From the NCBI RefSeq assembly GCF_004010195.1, contig NC_057753.1:6727894-6791893 (forward strand): DNA of 64,000 nt, given 5' to 3'. This DNA comes from Chiloscyllium plagiosum. Lineage: Eukaryota. Every line of letters begins with the position of its first letter. Positions within the stretch are counted from its first letter, which is position 1. The position numbers and the translations under genes were made by a program. Below the pieces are notes generated by a model. That model did no database searches and had not been told where the DNA came from. It saw only the letters and a list, made by a program, of their open reading frames with translations. Of the stretch, positions 1-13,504 are shown in pieces.

Positions 1-616
1 GGGGGAATGGGGGTAGAGTCATGAGCAGGGGTAGTGTTCCCCTCGGGGTTCTGGGGGGTGGGGATAGTGACAGTGGGGTCTGTGGAGGGTGTGTCAGCAG
101 AATGCAGGTGAGTGGCGCTGGTGGGGGCGGAAGTGGTGGCAGACACGACAGTAGGTGTGGCGGAAGTCACTGAGCGTGTGGCATCGGCGATGATGTGAGA
201 GCCGGAAGTGGCTGTGGGAGTGGCCATGATGGGACCGGAAGTGGCTGTGGGAGTGGCCATGATGGGGACAGAAGTGACATCATCAATCAGCGTGGGCGTG
301 GTACAGAGTGGGTCCTTTGCAATTCTGAGAGAGTATGGCCCTCAGCTGAGGCAGAGCAGACTGTAGAGAGGTTAGGTGCCGGCGCATTGCTGCAAGCGTG
401 GAGCGGAGGATCTTGAACGAGAACTGTTGCTGGTGTTTTTGTATCTGTAGTCTGTACTGTTTGTCCTGTTCGGGTCCGAACTCTGCTGGTTTAAAGGTGG
501 TCCGGAGTGCGTGTGGGATGAGTTGGTTACGGAGACAGGCACTGAGGAAGCAAATGTGGCTGTGATAGCGAGTTTGTTTCAGGACATGGTTGAAGAGCTT
601 CAGGGCTGAGGAAAGT
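1..616 (-). mobile_element. Penelope-like element, N-terminal ORF fragment
   Basis: Minus-strand 289-615 reads SSALKLFNHVLKQTRYHSHICFLSACLRNQLIPHALRTTFKP..., resembling the H-x-x-FL-x-x-C-x4-LIP N-terminal motif of PLE ORFs. Contains a 33-bp tandem duplication at about 202-267. Confidence 0.6.
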
Positions 617-1199
617 CTACAGGGTTCTCATGTGAAAAAAAAGGAGACACGTATCAACTTGGTGAAATTGAGAGCAGAGTGAAATTTGAAAGCTAAAGAG
701 ATAATCATGTTCAGTTCTGGACGAGGGAGAGAAGCAACACTGAAGCTGTCGTGTTCTTGGTGAGGGCCAGTCAAGGACTGAACAATATATGTTCGAAGTA
801 CACAACGAAGAGTTACACATGACTGAGGCAATGCAGTTACCATTTGAACTGAAAACAAAAGTGATAGGGTCTAAAGGTGTGATTCCTTAACATGAGGATA
901 ATCTCGGCCAGACAAGGAAGTTGATGGTGAATTATAGATGGTTCCAGCTCGTTTTTGTAAGAAATGGAGAGTCTTCAGAGCATTCTGATGGAGGATGGAG
1001 ATGCAAAACGATTGCACATCCATGGAAAACAGGAGACAGTTGGAGACCGAATTCTAGAAATTCAGAATCTCATGTGAAATGTCAAACAAATCGTGGATCT
1101 AATTGGATAAACACTAGATGGTGAGAAAAAAATCAGATCGTTAGGAAGAGAAGAGACCTTTGGGGGAGGAGCAAGCAGAAGCAATGGATATATCCGGCT

Positions 1200-1311
1200 A
1201 AACGTGTTTGTAGATTTAGGGAAGTAAGCTGAAACATCACACTATTTTACACTTCAAACGTGTTTGTAGATTTAGGGAAGTAAGCTGAAACATCACACTA
1301 TTTTACACTTC
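1200..1311. repeat. Perfect tandem duplication, 2 x 56 bp
   Basis: aaacgtgtttgtagatttagggaagtaagctgaaacatcacactattttacacttc occurs twice. Confidence 0.95.
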
Positions 1312-1716
1312 GGCAATTAGTAGTCATGTTTCATTGAAATCAAACATTTGTATTTAGCAGTGACCAGTCCGCTTCACTGTCTTATGTAATGCATCTCAAT
1401 ATGTTAGCCATGAGCTTCAAGGGATTAGGGAATATGGTGACTTGAATGCAATTCAGATGCATGTGTTTTTGTTGCCACTGTTTTATCTGTATTTTCGTTA
1501 GGTTTCTGTTCATAATTTATTAGTTCAATTAAATTTAACTTCACTGGATACTATGTGATTTTATTTGCAATGTAACAAGTGAATTTGTTAAAATAATGAT
1601 ATAATATTTATCATTTCTCTTCCAAATAAAAGTGTTGCTGCAATATTAAGTCGTTGTTTGTTTTGTGCTTACGGCATTCGCTGGAAATACAATATGACCA
1701 GATTGCTTGAAATGTG

Positions 1717-1886
1717 GGGTCCAGATCAGAGTGGTGCTGGAAAAACACAGCAGGACATGCAGCATCCGAGGTGCAGGAGAGTCGACGTTTCGGGCAAACG
1801 TCCTTCATAAGCCTGTCATGTTGTGCTTTTCCAGCACCACTCTAATCTCGACTCTGGTTTCGAGATCTGCAGTACTCACTTTTGCC
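1717..1886. mobile_element. Short hairpin element derived from Penelope terminal repeats
   Basis: Inverted arms agagtggtgctggaaaa / ttttccagcaccactct; flanking direct repeat TGCTTGAAAT (1704-1713, 1887-1896). Confidence 0.75.
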
Positions 1887-2029
1887 TGCTTGAAATATGT
1901 AACGTTTGTGAAATAGCCTAGCATATCTGCATTTTGAAGTAGTATCGTATCTAAAGGTTGGGGTAAGAAATAATTGCATATTTAAACATGTTGACATTTG
2001 ACTGAATACTCATTAATATGATGAAATAC

Positions 2030-2400
2030 ATTGTTGACCATTCTGCCTCCCAATCTGCTCATCCATGTCTCTGTTCTGATTGGGCGGCCTGTAGAACATT
2101 TCAATAAAATGACTGCTCCTTTCGTATTTCTGACTTCCACCCATTCTGTCCACAAACCTCCTCGACGACATTCTGCAACAGTGATACTGTCCCTGATTCG
2201 CAATGCAACTTCTATGCCTCTTTTATTTCCACCCCTCTTAGTTTTGAAACATCTAAACCCTGGAACATCCAGCAACTATTCCTGCCCTTCTAATATCCAA
2301 GTTTCCGTAATGGCCACAATATCAGAATTCCAAGTATTGATTCTTGCTCTAAATTCGCCACTGTTATTCCTTATTTTGGTTGAATTAACATAGACACATT
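2030..2400 (-). mobile_element. CR1-type LINE endonuclease fragment
   Basis: DIVAITETW, VPGFRCF and WVEVRNTKGAV motifs in minus ORFs 1982-2275 and 2276-2653. Confidence 0.75.
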
Positions 2401-2509
2401 TTGACACATCACACTGACTGCACCTTTGCCCTATCAACTGTGCCAAATTTAGAGGGTCATGCCTATCAGGACACTGCTTTTTTGGAACACCCACTCTCAC
2501 AAGTATTGT

Positions 2510-2850
2510 TACATATAGATGAAGACAGGCACCACTTTGACAAGGGCAACACATCCAACCACGGACAAGCCAAACAGAGACATGCATGAAAACTCCTGGA
2601 GCATTCCATTCCAACCTGAACTCCATCAACAAATGCATTGACTTCGAGCCCATTTACAACCCTCTGACGAAAATGTCAGGAAATGACATCACCACTCGTA
2701 TTGACGTCACCGAGCCGAGGAAACCTAAACACGAAATAGAAAGCGGGTAAACACCAGTATCTCACCAGAGGCTTATTGATGGTGTTACCGCTTATGGTGA
2801 TGAAAGGTCTGAAAGTGAACCTTCCAGCTCAGCCAGCATCCTTACATCCA
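2510..2850 (+). mobile_element. Penelope-like 3' end (GIY-YIG C-terminus plus terminal repeat)
   Basis: DEDRHHFD...GQAKQRHA...NSINKCIDFEPIY, followed by a repeat also seen at about 47560-47765. Confidence 0.65.
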
Positions 2851-2899
2851 GTGCATCTCCAACAGTTACATCATGACTAATTAGTATCCTAACTCCCAT

Positions 2900-5860
2900 C
2901 TTATTTCCACTTATCTCCATGTGTGATAGAAATAACTCTTTCAGATCATTACGATTTTCCTCTGGAAGGTAACGCAATATTATGTGCTAAGTTTTGAAAG
3001 CTTCATCATTGCCCAATTTATTTTGCGAAATGTCCAATTCAGAGTGCTCTGAACTTGGTTCTTCACTCTTTCTTGTAGCTAGTAACACAGTCCGCTTTAG
3101 CTTTTCATTCTGGTCGAAATAACTTTTAAGCATATTAGCATGCACACTCTATGAAATTTCTTTCTCTCTGGAGACTTGATAAAGTATTCACCTCACGTGA
3201 TTTCCTTTCGACTTGATAAGTTCCAAAAAACATTGCTTTTGAACGTTAACCTATCCCTCTCAATTCAAGCCGAACAACTAATGCAAATAAACGGAAATTA
3301 GTTGATTCATTTGGTGCATCACTGATCGTAAAAAGTACAAACGGGAATTCCTTAACCAACTCAACTGAATAACGTTGCCTGAAAGCCCTCAATATGGTCC
3401 TTAATGTCGAGTGCCACGTTTCTATCGCTGTCTGCCACACTTGATGATATGAATTTGAATTTGAATTGTTTTAATCCGAGGCTATCTGTAACTTCTTTGA
3501 ATTATTTCAATCTGAGGTTTGATCCTTGATCTGTATGTATCTCTGTTGGAAGATTGTAACTTGTGAAAAGTTTGTGTAATCCCTCTAAAATCCTGTTAAC
3601 TGTGATAATTTGACATGGAACAACCTCTGGAAAGCTAGTGGACATATCCATTATTCTTAACAATAATGATTCTTATATTTTTGTTTAAATTAGGGGTTCT
3701 GTTAAACATTCCTTAAATGCATGAATAGTTATTAAAGATGCAGGTTTATTGCACCCTAATATTTTCCAATTACCTGTCTGGCGAAACTCAACTACATCCT
3801 TGTGCAACCCAGGCCAATGAGAATATTTTGATATTTCAGCATGTGCTTTCTCACTCCGAAATCACAGCGTGGTGTTATCTCAACTCGCAGAATCTCCTTT
3901 CTTTACCGCGAAACGTGCCCCCCACCCCCAACTCCGGCGATACAAGTTGATGATCTTCTGCTAATTTCTCATCGGCCTGAATATACGATGGTCTCCGTTT
4001 CCTCTTCCAGACATCACTTTAAACATTTTAGCATTCAGGGATCCGTGCTACTTCTTTTCCTGTGCATAACTTTTGATACAGTTGCTTTAAACCTTCATGT
4101 TTTCTGCTATAACTCAGTTGAAATATCTTAGCTAAAGATGTCTGATGTGAAATCTGCCTGCTCCTGGTTTATGTCAGACATCTGATAAAACATGGTCTCT
4201 GCTAATTCCACTTTCACCTTCTTATCTAAACTCATTGATCTCCCCTGTTTCAACTAGTGACCTTGTGAATGCGTTTTCACACAGTCTTGAAGAATTGCAG
4301 GACACGTTTTCTGCAATAGTTCAGTTGCCTTACTTTCCAGTAGCTTTTCCACCACAGTGGGTAGCATTCCTACCTGTGAAACAGCTATATCATTAGCAAG
4401 AACAAATTGTATTCCCAGAGCTGGCAGTTTGTGCAGTACTCCCACCACGACATTTCCACTCTTCACTGGACACTATATCCTCGATCGACAGAAATAAGCG
4501 CTTCTTTTCTCACTGTTAATTCCTGTTATTTGCACCATTTATGGTAATAGACCGTCAGAGTTACTTATCGCCTCATCTTTCAACATCACTGTTTGAGAGG
4601 ATCTCTTAATATTGCAACTTCTTCATCTGCTACTTTTGGCCTATTCGCAGGTATATATTTTTAAGAAGGCTCAGCCCTTCCTCCTTAACCACCCTCCTTT
4701 TTATCCTTTGGTAAGTTATGCTAATGATCTTCACTGAGGTCTACATTTTTCTTTCTACGTGAGGATCTCTTTTCAACCCAATTTCAATCCGTCACGTATC
4801 GAAATTAATTTCGGAAGCCAAAATTAATTTATGGACCAACTCATAATCTTCAGCAATTTCTGCTATTCTTGACCTTTTAACTTCCAGGTCTTCCACGTGA
4901 TATCTCATTACATTAGAAAATGGGTTTGGAACTCTCTAGAATGATTGTCTCTCTAAGAGATTCATACATTTGCTCTATTTTCAAGTAATTTTGCACCGAT
5001 CAAAATTACTTTGATCCTATCAAACTCAGTATAGGTTTCACCAGGGACCGTTGTGAGGTATCTGCCACAGCTTATTGGCACTTCAAATGGTTTTCTTTAC
5101 CTTCTAATCTGACTCAGGTGTTTCTTGTGATCGTGATGCAAATACATCACTAGCTAAACATACAACTTTTGTTTGTATCAACAAAACCGCATGATCGCTG
5201 GTCACTGCATGTTTGACCACCTTTTCAAATGAAATAAAAAAAGAAGGCTTCTACATCTTTCTCATATAATTTATGGAATGCTTTCATATATTTAAAGAGT
5301 TTCTCACTACGCCCTTAGCTCCAATGGATTGGCTTATCCTTACTCTCTTCCTCAGTAAGCTTACCTTCAGCCTTCATTACCATCCCGTTAACCTGTCTTT
5401 CCTGTCTAAGTTCAATTTCTGATGTTCAAACTGCCTGTCTTTGTTCATTTCTATTCTGATCTGTTCTCTCTCTTACTTCTCTCTTTATCCCACTTATCTC
5501 TCCCTTCTTTTAAGTGTAATTCAAACCATTTAATTTCTTTGCCCGTTCCTTGTCTTTTGCTTCTAACCCCAGCTGTTTCATTTTTGATTGAAGTTTAACC
5601 GTTTCTAAAGATATTGACGGCGTTTCCTAAAACAATAAATGCTGAGCTGTTGCTGTAATTATCTTTCCTTTTCTCACGGAAAGAGGCAGCTCCAACTCTA
5701 GCTTGATTGTTATATCTAGCAGGTTGGCTTTAATTACCTTTTTCAAAAACTCCAAGTCATTTCTTTTCCGCTTTCGGAGCACTCTGAGTGACTGAATGCG
5801 AGAGTTCTATGGCAAGCTCTGTTTCAAACAACTGAATTCAATACTCATAACAAAAGACAC
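2900..5860 (-). mobile_element. Degenerate Gypsy/Ty3 LTR retrotransposon internal region
   Basis: Integrase C-terminal GPY/F-like GTYQVERKSREVN...HANMLKSYF near 3120-3230; gag-like coiled-coil remnant at 5300-5800 similar to 44530-44800; many stops. Confidence 0.6.
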
Positions 5861-6433
5861 TAACGCCTTCCGTTATCTGCCATTGACTACAGCGACACTA
5901 ATCACAAATAAGCTTTCAGATGGTGGATAGCCTTTGGGGGATTCGAAGGTTGAATATTCGTTGCACTATGCTTGGCCTCTAACGTGCTCTGGTAGTATTT
6001 GTACTTGCATGGTTTGTCAGTTCAGGTTCTATACAATGGTAATCCCTGGATTTTCATAGTGGGAAGTTCAGTAACGGTAACACCATTGACGGTCATGAGG
6101 GCTGTCTGGAAGGGTAAGTTTTCCCACTTAAAAAGGGACTTACCTCGGGAGTCGGGACTTCATTATGACAGAGCGGCGAGGAGAGAAGGTGGAGTGAAGC
6201 GAGGGCTGCTGGGAATGTAAGGGCGTAATTTATATTTGGACAGTGGCTGAACCCGAGATACTACACGTGTAGTATCTCGCTCCGGCTCCCTCCTCGAACA
6301 GGAAGGAAAAGACTCAGTGTGGTAAGGCTTTTATTTTTTTCTTTATCTTTCTTTTTCATATAGTTAAGTGCATTGTTTGGGTTTAGTTAGTTCACACCAA
6401 GCTAAGCTTACAATGACAGGGGACTTCAGACCA

Positions 6434-6804
6434 GTGCTTCTTGCTTGATGTGGGAACTTAGGAACGTCTCTGACATTCCTGACTCTTTCACTAATAAGAA
6501 GTGGGTCCAGCTGCAGCTCTTGTTTGACCGCATAATGGCTCTAGAGCTGCGGATGGACTCATTGGTGGAGCATCCGCGATGCTGGGGAGGTCGCGGGTAG
6601 CATGTTTAGTGAATTGGTCCTGTGCCTCTTGCTTGATGTGGAAGCTCAGGGATGTGTCTGACTTTTCTGACCCTTCCACTGACAAGAAGTATGTCCAGCT
6701 GCAGCTCTTGTTTGACCGTATAATGGCTCTGGAGCTGGGGATGGACTCATTGTGGAGCATCCGCGATGCTGGGGAGGTCGTGGGTAGCATGTTTAGTGAA
6801 TTGG
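6434..6804 (+). repeat. Diverged tandem duplication (about 187 bp x 2) in CR1 ORF1
   Basis: cttgcttgatgtgg...cagctgcagctcttgtttgaccg...gcatgtttagtgaattgg occurs twice. Confidence 0.9.
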
Positions 6805-7569
6805 ACACACCACAGGTTAGAGTTGCTGAGGGAGACAGTGAATGGGTGATGAAAAGACAGAAAAAGAGTAAGAAGGCAGTGCAGGTGTCCCCTGCGGTCA
6901 TCTCCTTCCAAAATAGTATACCACACTGGATACTATTGGGGGAGATGGCTCACCAGGGGAGTGTAGAGGTTGCCAGGATCATGGCACCATGGCGACCACT
7001 GCTGTTCAGACAGGCGGGAAAAAGACTCGTAGGGCCATAGTCATAGGGGATTCTATTGTGAGGGCAGCAGATAGGCGGTTCTATTGCCGAAAAGGGGACT
7101 CCCTGATGGTTGCCTCCAAGGTGCTCGGGTCAGGGATGTCTCTGATCGGCTGCAGGGCATTCTAAAAGCGGAGGGTGAACAGCCAGTTGTCTTGGTGTAT
7201 ATAGGCATTCACGATATAAGTAGGAAACGAGATGAGGTCCTGAAAGAAGAACTCAGGCAGCTAGGAGAGAAGTTAAAGAGAAGGACTTCAAAGGGAATGA
7301 TCTCGGGATTTCTACTAGTACCACGTATTAGCCAGCGTAGAAATGCAAAAATAGGCAGGACGAACACGTGGCTTGAGAGATCGTGTAGGAGGGTTGGGTT
7401 TAGTATTGTTGGACATTGCGACCAGTTCTGGGGAAGGTGGGACTATTACAAAATGGACGGTCTACATCTGAACCAGACCGGAACCAATATCCTTGGGGGA
7501 GTTTTTGCTACTGCTGTCGGTGAGGTTTTAAACTAATGTGGCAGGGGGCTGGGAACCAGAAGAGAAAAC

Positions 7570-7750
7570 AAATAGGCAGTGAAGTGGAGACTGGAGACTG
7601 TAAGACGTATGAAGATAGCATTAATAAAGGGAAGAATAGGCAGAGAGCAGTTGAGCGCAAAATAGGCAGCGAGGTGGAGACTGGAGACTGTAAGACGTAT
7701 GAAGATAGCATTAATAAAGTGAAGAATAGGCAGAGAGCAGTTGAGCGCAA
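7570..7750 (+). repeat. Tandem duplication (90 bp x 2) between CR1 ORF1 and ORF2
   Basis: Translates as IGSEVETGDCKTYEDSINK(G/V)KNRQRAVERK twice. Confidence 0.95.
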
Positions 7751-10700
7751 AAAAAACTGGTGCCCTGAAATGCATCTACTTTAATGCAAGGAGTATAGTG
7801 TGTAAGGCAGATGAGCTTAGGGCTAGGATTGGTGCCTGGGAGTATGATGTTATTCCAATCACAGAGACCTGGTTGAAGGAAGGACATGATGATTGGCAAT
7901 TGCATGTTCCAGGATATAGACGCTTCAGACAGGACAGGGAGGGAAGTAAAAGGGAGTGGGGTTGGAGTTGCATTTATAGTCAAGGACGTTATCACAGCTG
8001 TGCTAAAGGAGCACACTATGGAGGTCTTGAGTAGTAAGGCATTATGGGTGGAGCTGAGAAATAAGAAGGGTGCAGTCACACTGTTGGAGCTGTATTACAG
8101 GCCTCCCAACAGTGAGTGTGAGTTAGAAGAACAAATAGGTAAACAGATTATGAATAGATGTAGAGGCAATAGGGTAGGGCCGATGGGAGGTTTTAATTTT
8201 CCCAACATTGACTGCGATACAATTAATGTCAGAGGTCTGGGTGCGGTAGAATTTGTAAGAAGCGTCCAGGAGATTTTGCGAGCGCAGTATGTCATGAGTC
8301 CGACGAGAGAAGGGGCCATATTCGACCTGGTGCTGAGGATCAAGTCAGGATATGTGGTAAAAGTTGCGGTGGGGGCTTTCTTTGGAAACAGTGACCACAA
8401 TTATGTAAGTTTTAGAATACTCATACATAAAGAAGAGAGAGGTCCTCAGGGACGAGTACTAAACTGGGCCAAGGCCAATAGCATCAAAATTAGGCAAGAG
8501 CTCGGAAATGTGAAATGGGCACAACTATTCGGAGGGGAGTCCACATTTGAAATGTGAGAGACTTTCAAGGTAAGGTTAAAGATAGTGCAGGATAGACACA
8601 AAGGATAGGAAGAGCAATATTAGTGAACCGAGGATGAAAGGAGAAATTCTACGACAAGCCAAGAGGAAAAGGGAAGCATACATAAGGTCGAGGCAGCTCA
8701 GAACAGAACGGGCTCTGGAAGAATATCGGAAGTGTGGGACAAGTCTTAAACGAGGAATCAAGCGGGCACAAAGCGTAAATGAAATAGGCTTTAGCGAGCA
8801 GAATTGAGGAAAATCCCAAAACATTTTATTCTTATATAAGAAGCAAGTGGGTAACTAGAGAAAGGATTGGTCCACTAAAGGATAACGAAGGAAGGCTGTG
8901 TGTTGAACCTGAGAGAATGGGTGAGGTTCTGAATGATTACTTTGCATCAGTGTTCACTGAACAGAGGAACATGATGAATGTTGAGATTAGAGATAGAAGA
9001 TTAATTAGCCTGGGCTACGTTGACATAAGTAGGGAAGATGTGTTGGGTAGGCGAGAAGATAATAAGGTGGTCAAATCCCCAAGACCTGATGGAATTTTCT
9101 TCCAGGTTGCTGAGGGAGGCGAGAGAGGAAATAGCTGGGACACTGACAGATATCTTTGTGGCATCCTGAAATACAGGTGAGGCGCCTGAGGACTGGAGGG
9201 TTGCTCATGTTGTCCCTCTGTACAAGAAGGGTAGTGGGGATATTCTGGGTAACTACCGACCAGTGTGCCTGCCGTCGGTGGTAGGAAAGTTGCTGGAGAA
9301 GGCACTGAGGAATAGGATCTATTTATATTTAGAAAATAATGGGCTTATCAGTGATAGGCGGCATAGTTTTGTGCGGGGCAAATCGTGCTTTACTGACTTA
9401 ATAGAGTTCTTCGTGGAAATGACCAAGTTGATAGATGAATGAAGGGCTGTTGATGTCATATACATGCACTTTAGTAAGACGTTTGATAAGCTTCCCCATA
9501 GTAGACTAATGGAGAAAGTGAAGTCACATGGTGTGCAGGGTATTCCAGCTAGATGGGTAAAGAACTGATTGAGCAACGGAAGACAGAGATTAGTAGTTGA
9601 AGGGAGTTTCTCGAAATGGACAAAGGTGACCAGTGGTGTTCCACAGGGGTCCGTGTTGGGGCCATTGTTGTTTGTTATATACATAAATGATCTGGAAGAG
9701 GGCACTGTTGGTATGATCAGCAGGTTTTCAGATGACACAAAGATTGGTGAAGTAGCAGAAAGAATAAGTGACTGTCAGAGAATACAGGAGGATATAGATA
9801 GAGTGGAGAGTTGGGTGGAAATGTGGCAGGTAGATTTCACGCCAGCAAAATGTGATGTGATGCATTTAGACAAGACTAATTCTAGAGCGAATTGTACAAT
9901 GATTGGAAGAGCTTTGGGATTTGTTGATGGGCATAGAGATCTGGGAGTGCATGTCCAGTGTACCCTGATAGTTGCTGCACAATTTTATAGAGTGGGCAAT
10001 AAGGCATATAGTATTTTCGTCTTCATTGGACGGGGTATTGAGTAGAACAGCTGGAAAGTCATGTTATCATTGTACAAGACGTTGGTTCAGCCGCATTTAG
10101 AATACTGTGTACAGTTCTGGGCGCCACATTACCAAAAGGATATGGACGCTTGGATAGGCTGCAGAGAAGGTTTACGAGGGTGTTGCCTGGTATGGAAGGT
10201 GCTAGCAATGAATAAAGGCTGAATAGGTTAGGTTTATTTTCATTAGAAAAAAGAAGGTTGAGGGGGGACCTGATTGATGTTTATATGATCATGTCGGGTA
10301 TAGACAGGGTGGATAGAGACAAGCTTTTTCCCAGGGTGAAGGATTCTATAACGAGAGGTCTCGTTTTCAAGGTGAGAGGCGGAACGTTTAAGGGGGATAC
10401 ACGCGGCAAGTACTTCATAAGAGGGTGGTGGGCGGTTGAAACGCGTTGCCAGCAGAGGTGGCAGAGGCAGGCACGGCAGATTCATTTTAGATGTGTCTGG
10501 ATAAATGCATGAGTAGGTGGGGAGTAGAGGGATACAGATGGTTAGGAATTGATCTACAGATTCAGACAGTACATTTAGATCGGGTCAAGCTTGGAGGGCC
10601 GAAGGGAGTTTTCCTGTGCTGTAAATTTTCGTTGGTCTTTCTTTGATCTTTGTCCAGCATTGAACTTTATTTTTCCTTTTATTTCAGATTATCTTTGTCT

Positions 10701-11409
10701 GGTACTTACGACGCATGCATTCCTGGCACTTTTCGAGTCATAAGAATATTATCGAGGTCTTAATGGATTTGGAGTTGGATTGGGTCAAGATCTGGGAAAT
10801 CACAAATGATGATGAACATTGTGCAATCATGGGTGATTATCGCCACTTCATACCTTGTGATACAGATAAGACTATTGATGAAGCAACTGAAGATCGGCAA
10901 AAAATTAGAAAGCATGAAAAGTTAATGATAACAACAGGAAAAGGCTTGAACATCAAGCAATAATTTCTTTAATTTTCCTACTGCATCCCTTACGTTGTTG
11001 GAAAAAAGCTATAAAATCCATGCTGTTGCATATGAACCATTTTACTCACATCAGATTGATTCCAACACAAGCTCATGTTCCAATAACGTGCCTGACTTAT
11101 TAAAATTACGCATTATCTGATTAAGTGAGCTGAATTAAAGTGCTCATTTAACTAAATAACTTATTGTCTTATACGTTGATGATATCTGAATTCTGCGATA
11201 AAATTCTTCCTGTGCATCATCTGGAATTCATCGATTTTATCCAAGTTTGAATCAAGGTTGTAATGAGATCAGTGCGAGGTGACCTTGGCCGAAATGAAAC
11301 TAGGCGTCAATGACATTTTATTACTGCAAGTCATGTGTGACAGAGCCTCCCGCTGATGATGCCTTCCATTGGGTTACTGTTAACTAAAAGTTGATTTACA
11401 TAAATAATG

Positions 11410-12335
11410 AGATCTGCAGACGTTTGAGAGTCAGAGTGAATAAAGATTGAAGCTGGAAAAAACAAAGCAGGGCAAGAAGCATCAGAAGAGAAGGGAAGTT
11501 GACATGCCCATTTGGAACCTTTCATCAGGACTAGTGGTGAGGAAGGAGGTTACAAAATAAATAGACACAGGGACTTCGGGTAGGGGTAAAGTTAAGTGGG
11601 TTACGGATAGTGGATACAGATAGGAGATAACTGATATCGGTCATAGGAAATGTGGATTGTTTGATGGGAAAGAGGATGGGCAGGTAGGTTCAGAATAAGT
11701 GGTGAGTGGAGAGGGGGGCTGCGCCTGTCATGAGGTGGATGGTGGAGAGATTTGAAATTCTTTGCAAAGGCAATATGCTTGCAAGCTCGTGTGGTGAAAC
11801 ATAACGTGTTCTGCTTCCGGTTTGGATAAACTCGAGAACCATTTCAGGCAAAATTTATGGCCATACGTTCCAATCCACCCCACCTTCCAGTTGGTATCCA
11901 TTTCAATTCCCCATCGCACTTCCTCGACAATATGTCCATTCTGAGCCTCCACCACCATCAACAAAAGACAAATTATAAATGGGAGGAAGAACACCTCACC
12001 TTCCGCCTTTGGAGCTTACAATCATACAGTCTTAACGTTTATTTCACCAGCTTCCAAACCTCTCCACTCATCCCAGACCTAGCCCTCCCTCTCCACTCCA
12101 CCTGCTTAATTTAAATTTGCCTTTACATATTCCTTTGGGGCTATCTGCTTCAGCATTCCCACTGACCAATCGCAGCCACCTCCTACATGCACCCATCTAT
12201 CGCTATCCCATCCACCTTCTCCACAGCCTAATCACATCCTTCTATTTAATTCACCAAACACTTCCCTTGCCCCAGTCCTGAAGAAAGGTTCAGACCTGAA
12301 ACGTCGACGCCCATTATCCTCTAAAGCTACTTGAA
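11410..12335. mobile_element. Penelope-like remnants in inverted arrangement
   Basis: + strand 11857-12114 HLPVGIHFNSPSH...EEEHLTFRLWSLQ (GIY-YIG C-terminus) ending in a hammerhead-like terminal repeat; minus-oriented terminal repeat at 11410-11530. Confidence 0.65.
12278..12305 (+). ncRNA. Minimal hammerhead ribozyme core in a Penelope terminal repeat
   Basis: CTGAAGA-A-AGGT-TCAG-ACCT-GAAACGTC: CUGANGA box, stem II, GAAA box, palindromic ACGT stem III and GUC site. Confidence 0.6.
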
Positions 12336-12344
12336 ATGTTGACT

Positions 12345-12720
12345 GATGAACTGGTAAATGGTTGGGTAGTATTTCCTGAATTACGTATCGAGGACAAACT
12401 GGAATATTTTCAATATTATCAGGAAATGACAGATTTGCAATAATGTTGTCATGATGAGCAGCAAATTCTGGAGTAAACGTTTTCAGTACTATTTCTGAAA
12501 TCTTGTTAGGCCCGATACCATGTACAGCACCCAAACATTTCTTGATACCACGTGGCGTAAATCGAATTGGTTGGAAGTTGGCATCTGTGTTGCTGAAGAC
12601 CACGATAGAATGCCGAGATGCATCAACCTCTCTGCACTTCTGCATGCAAATTGTTGCAAATGTTTCAGCTTTATCGGTGTTATGTGTCAAATGATCTATC
12701 ACACAAATCCAGATGATATT
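12345..12720 (-). mobile_element. CR1/L2-group LINE fragment
   Basis: DKAETFATIC...PIRFTPRGIKKCL...GPNKI...VLKT; homologous to 62760-62990. Confidence 0.6.
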
Positions 12721-13424
12721 TGACAATCAAGCTCTTAAACAGCAAAACTCTGTTTTCAAAAAGGAGCTATCAATATCTATAAACGTTTAATGTTGCAGTT
12801 GTAATGAAGGCTATAAATGAGCAATGCCCGAATCGCAGTCATTGAAATATTCTCAATATTGTGGCAAAGTTTCTTTCTAAAATTAGGAGAAAACTGAAAA
12901 GAAGGAATGAAAGTGGAAATCTCAAGAGCAGTGACAGGGTGCGAAGTATTTTTTTTTTCAAATAATATTAAATTAGGGTGGAGAAATGATAAATATGCAT
13001 GGTGCTTTTTTTTCGAAAAAATTCTGTCGACCTCTTCACAGCAACGTTTGTCACTCTTGATCAATTAGTTGATCAATCTTTTTCGCTTAGCACAACCTGC
13101 CAAATGTTAATTTTATTTTGAATGAAGAAGTTTAACATGTCTCCAACGCGTAAATAAGCAGGTTATGAAGTATCTAAACAATTAGATTATAGCTTTAAGT
13201 CATTTTCATCTCCAGTCGCCATTTTTCACCATTTATATTTAACTTCTGTTGTGAATGCTTTGAACAACACTGTGGGCACAGAAATCAGCATTGCTTATTG
13301 GAAGCGTGCTAGTTGCATTTCTCAATATGAGGGCGTCAGTGATTTTTCCACATTCAATACTGAATGGATAAGCGTAGGAGGGATGTCAATTATTCCTTGA
13401 TGTCCTCTGATGTGAGCAGGGGCA

Positions 13425-13426
<2 letters not shown>

Positions 13427-13460
<34 letters not shown>
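13427..13460. repeat. (GT)17 microsatellite
   Basis: Read directly from the sequence. Confidence 0.98.
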
Positions 13461-13461
<1 letters not shown>

Positions 13462-13504
13462 TGAATGCGCCTTTGACGGACGTTCGAAACACGTAAAAAT
13501 CAAC

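Larger units (their letters stand above)
6090..10650 (+). mobile_element. Near full-length, inactivated CR1-type LINE (5' UTR, ORF1 with SGNH esterase, ORF2 APE endonuclease and RT)
   Basis: ORF1 CASCLMWKL zinc knuckle, VIGDSIVR and DGLHLN esterase motifs. ORF2 CIYFNARSI, ITETWL, YYRPP, SDH, GVPQGSVLGP and FSDDTK. Frameshifts and stops; T-rich 3' tail. Confidence 0.92.

Noticed and set aside
7741..10512. Active reverse transcriptase gene
   Set aside because: ORF2 is broken into many frames by stops and frameshifts; this is an inactive LINE copy.
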